DNA of 61,426 bases, counting the filler. It is 12 parts of 12 records of this genome, joined end to end, with 100 filler letters (N's around TTAATTAATTAA, not from the genome) between each part and the next. Parts side by side here need not be neighbours in the genome. Positions count along the whole stretch, not along the records: positions 58,267 to 61,426 come from SRR7504441_17701; 11 more parts are not named here. One strand, given 5' to 3'. Positions 58,167 to 61,426 of this stretch are shown piece by piece. Position numbers and translations under genes: made by a program. Numbering within the stretch: position 1 is the stretch's first letter; each line of letters begins with the position of its first letter. Under the pieces are notes generated by a model that worked only from the letters and a program-made list of their open reading frames with translations, was not told where the DNA came from and made no database searches.

Positions 58167-58575
58167 NNNNNNNNNNNNNNNNNNNNNNNNNNNNNNNNNN
58201 NNNNNNNNNNTTAATTAATTAANNNNNNNNNNNNNNNNNNNNNNNNNNNNNNNNNNNNNNNNNNNNGTGAATCGCATCCGGTCGATGGAATCATAGATCA
58301 TCAAGTGCTTATCAAGTGCTCAGCATTACTCGTAAAAGCACCAGCGCTCTCATGATGCGACTCGGATCATAGTATTTTATACATGTAAGTACTTGTAATA
58401 TAATTTCATGCTTGTACTCATAATTAATGCGTCCCGGATGTTCCATAGCACGACTATTTACTAACTATTTACTATGCGACATGCCGGCACGGCAGTGGCG
58501 TTGGCCATACTGAACCAGGGACAGTTACGCACAACACAATGATGGTACCATGCATGATTGCGATCGCACCTGTTG

Positions 58576-61224
58576 CTATAAAGACACGGCGGTGCTGAGC
58601 CTCAAGTCACTGGAGGAGCCGCCCACCGCGAGCTCGAACCGTCCCCTCACCACCACCCAGCTGTGCGACTCCACCGACCAGATCGAGAAGGCCCGGTCCT
58701 CGAGCTGCATCGACACGCTTGCGGACTCACCCGGGCCGAGCACAGCTGTCTTCTCAAACGCCTTCAACTGGGCTGGCGGCTCGCCCGCAGAGGCCGGGAA
58801 GGTGAGGTACAGCTGGGCTACTTCCGCTGCCGGCCGCGAGCCGTTATTTGTCACATCAAAAGACACCAAATTCTGCGAGGTGACTTCGAGCTGGCTGTAT
58901 CGGAAGGTGGTGAATGCCAGCCCGTGCCCAAACGCGAATGCAGGAGCGATGGACCTGGCGTGGTACCACCGGTAGCCCACCTGAAGCCCCTCGGTGTAGT
59001 TCGAGAATTGGCACCACTCCTCGCTTGGCTGCACGGCGCAGTTGTTGTCCGATCGGTCGGGGCAGTGCTCCTTGAACGTGCAATCCGTTGTCCCATTAGT
59101 ACCCACCACGCCTGGCCATTGCTCGCGGGTGAACTCGATCTCGTTGTCTCGGTTAGGCAATGTCACAGGCAGGCGAGCGCTGGGCGAGAACGGCGCACCG
59201 TCTTGGTCCTCGCCGAAGAGAACATCAGCGGCCGCATTCCCGTACTCCTGGCCCGGCATGAAGGCTGCAATGATTGCGGCAGCGCCTCCACGCCACGGCG
59301 TGAGTACCGCCCCAGGGTGCACCATAACCACCACCAGCCGCTCAGTTGATCCAGCCAGCGTTGCCACCAGCGCATTTGTGTCATCCCCCAGGCTGAGCGT
59401 GCTCCGGTCGCTGCCCTCGCCAGATTGAGTCGAGACAAACACCACAGTCACATCGGCCTTCGCAGCCAGTGCTGCAGCCGCCGCGGCGTCTTCACCGTCG
59501 TTGAAGTAGACGCACTTACCTGCTGAGCAGTTCGGAGCAGGCGGTGGCGGCGAGGACCGGATGATACCGGAGGTGGCCACTGAGCACGGGTACTGACTCT
59601 GGTCTGCTGTCAGGTTGACGCAGGACCGGTTGGGTGCCGGGACCGGGTTGGAGGCAGCGCCGTGCAGGTTGCAGGTGTAGATCAGCCCGCGACCGAGCCC
59701 GTGATCTCCGTTATTCCAAACTCCAACGTACGAAAACGCCTCGCACGCGCCCGGCCATCCGCGCGGGTCGCCTCGGCGCTGGCACATTGCACAGCATTCG
59801 GCTAAGCTGATGTTGGGCTGGCCGCAGTTGGGGCCTGCACCGCACTTGGAGGTTGCAGGGAAGGAAGTGGTGCCATCGCTGTTCGCTAGATCTGTTCCCT
59901 GCAATAGCTTCCCAGGGCAGCTCGACGGTGCGGGCGGCGGTGGCATAATCCCGGCGAACCGTTGTCGGATGGCAGCTAGCGGCGTGGATCTGTAATACGG
60001 GAAGCTGCCGCCGCTGCCGCCGCCGCCAGTCGTCGGGCTAAGAGCGTCTTTGCCGATCACTGCAATGCTGCTGAGCTTGCTCCTGTCCAGAGGCAGCAGT
60101 GACCCTGCATTCTTCAAAAGCACCATCGCAGTCCGGACCAGCTCCCGGGCCAGGGCGTTATGCGCAGGGCTGGTGACGTTGGTGGCTGTGCGGTTTAGAG
60201 GGAGCTGTGGCCTGTCGAACAGTCCGACCTTGAACATGGGCACCATGATCCGACTAACTGCATCATCAATCCGCGCCATAGTGACCGTCGGTGGGAAGCG
60301 CTCGCCCATACTGGAGGTGTACCCGAACACGGATCGGTTCAGGGTCTGTTCGGAGAAGAAGAGGCTGCCGGGCATTTCCTGATCCAGCCCCTGCATGATA
60401 CTCGTGCTGTGGCAAGCGCCCCAATCGCTCATCATCCAGCCGGTGAAATTCAGCCGCTCCCGGAGGTCGCGGTTCAAAGTCTCCGGGTGCTCGCAGCTCC
60501 AGTTGCCGAGTCTGTCCGTTGGTGTGGACAGCCGGTTGTAAGAGCACATCATCGATCCGACCTCGGCCTCGATCGCCCCTTCAAACGGTGGGTAATATAT
60601 CTCAAACCGAGTCCGCTCGTCCACCTGGGCCGAGACTGTGGTACGGTTGGTCTCCTGGTTGTTGTTGATGAAGTGCTTGGCGTTGGCAATCACGCCCTGA
60701 GACTGAATCCCCCGCACAGCCGGCCCGACCATCGCATACCCTAGCACAGGGTCCTCTCCCGACAGGTACTCAAAGTTACGGCCATTCAGCGGGAGCCGGG
60801 CGATGCACAGTCCCGGCCCGAGCTGAACATTAGCTCCTTTCCCGGCGAACTCTCGTCCCATCGCCTGGCCCCACAGCCCGGCCATCCGCCGGTCGAAGCT
60901 GGCCCCGATCGCCAGCCCGGACGGCCAGTTAGTTGTGGTGCCTGGGTGCTTCTGGTAGTCATTGTACCCCTGCGGGCCGTCGTTCATCCGCAGCCACGGG
61001 ATGCCCAGCCGCCTGGAGCCCTCCACCAGGCCGATGTAGAACCCCATCGCGTCGTCCTCCGAGTCGCGCCCGCTCAGCATCGCAGTCTTCTCGCTGAAGT
61101 TCATCCGCAGGAGCAGCGCGGCCGCCCGGCTCTCCGGCGGCGCGCCCGGGTCCATCCACGGCGCCACGGAGGATGCTGCGCGGCAGAGCAGAAACAGCGC
61201 GAGTCCGCGACTGCCTGCGACCAT
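58576..61224 (-). CDS. Secreted GH3 beta-glucosidase with an inserted PAN/apple-like module
   Basis: Signal peptide; NDGPQG, GRNFEYLSGEDP, KHFINN, MCSYN, MSDWGA (nucleophile), SGEGSDR, VGYRWY, FGHGL, FnIII-like tail; intronless. Confidence 0.95.
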   Translation of the reverse strand: MVAGSRGLALFLLCRAASSVAPWMDPGAPPESRAAALLLRMNFSEKTAMLSGRDSEDDAMGFYIGLVEGSRRLGIPWLRMNDGPQGYNDYQKHPGTTTNWPSGLAIGASFDRRMAGLWGQAMGREFAGKGANVQLGPGLCIARLPLNGRNFEYLSGEDPVLGYAMVGPAVRGIQSQGVIANAKHFINNNQETNRTTVSAQVDERTRFEIYYPPFEGAIEAEVGSMMCSYNRLSTPTDRLGNWSCEHPETLNRDLRERLNFTGWMMSDWGACHSTSIMQGLDQEMPGSLFFSEQTLNRSVFGYTSSMGERFPPTVTMARIDDAVSRIMVPMFKVGLFDRPQLPLNRTATNVTSPAHNALARELVRTAMVLLKNAGSLLPLDRSKLSSIAVIGKDALSPTTGGGGSGGSFPYYRSTPLAAIRQRFAGIMPPPPAPSSCPGKLLQGTDLANSDGTTSFPATSKCGAGPNCGQPNISLAECCAMCQRRGDPRGWPGACEAFSYVGVWNNGDHGLGRGLIYTCNLHGAASNPVPAPNRSCVNLTADQSQYPCSVATSGIIRSSPPPPAPNCSAGKCVYFNDGEDAAAAAALAAKADVTVVFVSTQSGEGSDRSTLSLGDDTNALVATLAGSTERLVVVMVHPGAVLTPWRGGAAAIIAAFMPGQEYGNAAADVLFGEDQDGAPFSPSARLPVTLPNRDNEIEFTREQWPGVVGTNGTTDCTFKEHCPDRSDNNCAVQPSEEWCQFSNYTEGLQVGYRWYHARSIAPAFAFGHGLAFTTFRYSQLEVTSQNLVSFDVTNNGSRPAAEVAQLYLTFPASAGEPPAQLKAFEKTAVLGPGESASVSMQLEDRAFSIWSVESHSWVVVRGRFELAVGGSSSDLRLSTAVSL

Positions 61225-61228
61225 GTCA

Positions 61229-61270
61229 GCTGGCTTCTAACGGCAATTGCTGGCTTCTAACGGCAATTGC
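61229..61270. repeat. Tandem duplication (21-nt unit x2) immediately upstream of the GH3 start codon
   Basis: gctggcttctaacggcaatt(g) repeated back-to-back. Confidence 0.9.
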
Positions 61271-61426
61271 AGCCTGTGCGTCGATCGATCGATACGCAAG
61301 TGGGCAATACAGCTAATGCAGTGGCGGCACGTCTACTATTAACCCATTTTATCAGATCACGGTAACGCAGATAAAGCCATGTGTGTGCATCACAAAGCTC
61401 TCGCCCTAGTCTCGCCATTTCAATAC

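Noticed and set aside
48303-61224. GH-D, GH32, lipase and GH3 as one large catabolic cluster
   Set aside because: GH3 lies two linkers away on another contig; only the GH-D/GH32/lipase adjacency is real.

Overview
This window is not one locus. It is 12 short contigs of a compact, GC-rich microbial eukaryote genome, joined by 100-nt artificial linkers (N44-TTAATTAATTAA-N44), so adjacency across linkers has no meaning. Genes are tightly packed, often head-to-head, and many are split by very short (about 36-55 nt) spliceosomal-type introns, which is why the ORF track is fragmented. Manual splicing recovers about 32 whole or partial genes. They include two Rho-family GTPases, an F-box-like/kinesin fusion, an RluA-family pseudouridine synthase, a NudC-domain protein, a COPS9/CSNAP-like peptide, Yos1/IER3IP1, a bestrophin, an Asp/Asn beta-hydroxylase-like protein, a patatin, a class 3 lipase, a CEP76/CC2D2A-like protein and several intronless metabolic or carbohydrate-active enzymes. 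Highlights: (1) a ~2,350-aa protein joining a Ulp1/CE-clan-like cysteine protease to an SF2-helicase-like (DUF3638-type) ATPase; (2) a micro-intron system with at least 9 GC-AG introns with degenerate donors and G-rich acceptors; (3) a GOLD domain fused to a TadA-fold pseudo-deaminase; (4) a divergent secreted glycoside hydrolase pair whose start codons are only tens of bp apart; (5) intergenic DNA rich in short direct duplications and a shared TACTCGTA/TACATGTA motif. All calls come from reading motifs by eye; no database search was run and the taxon is not identified.
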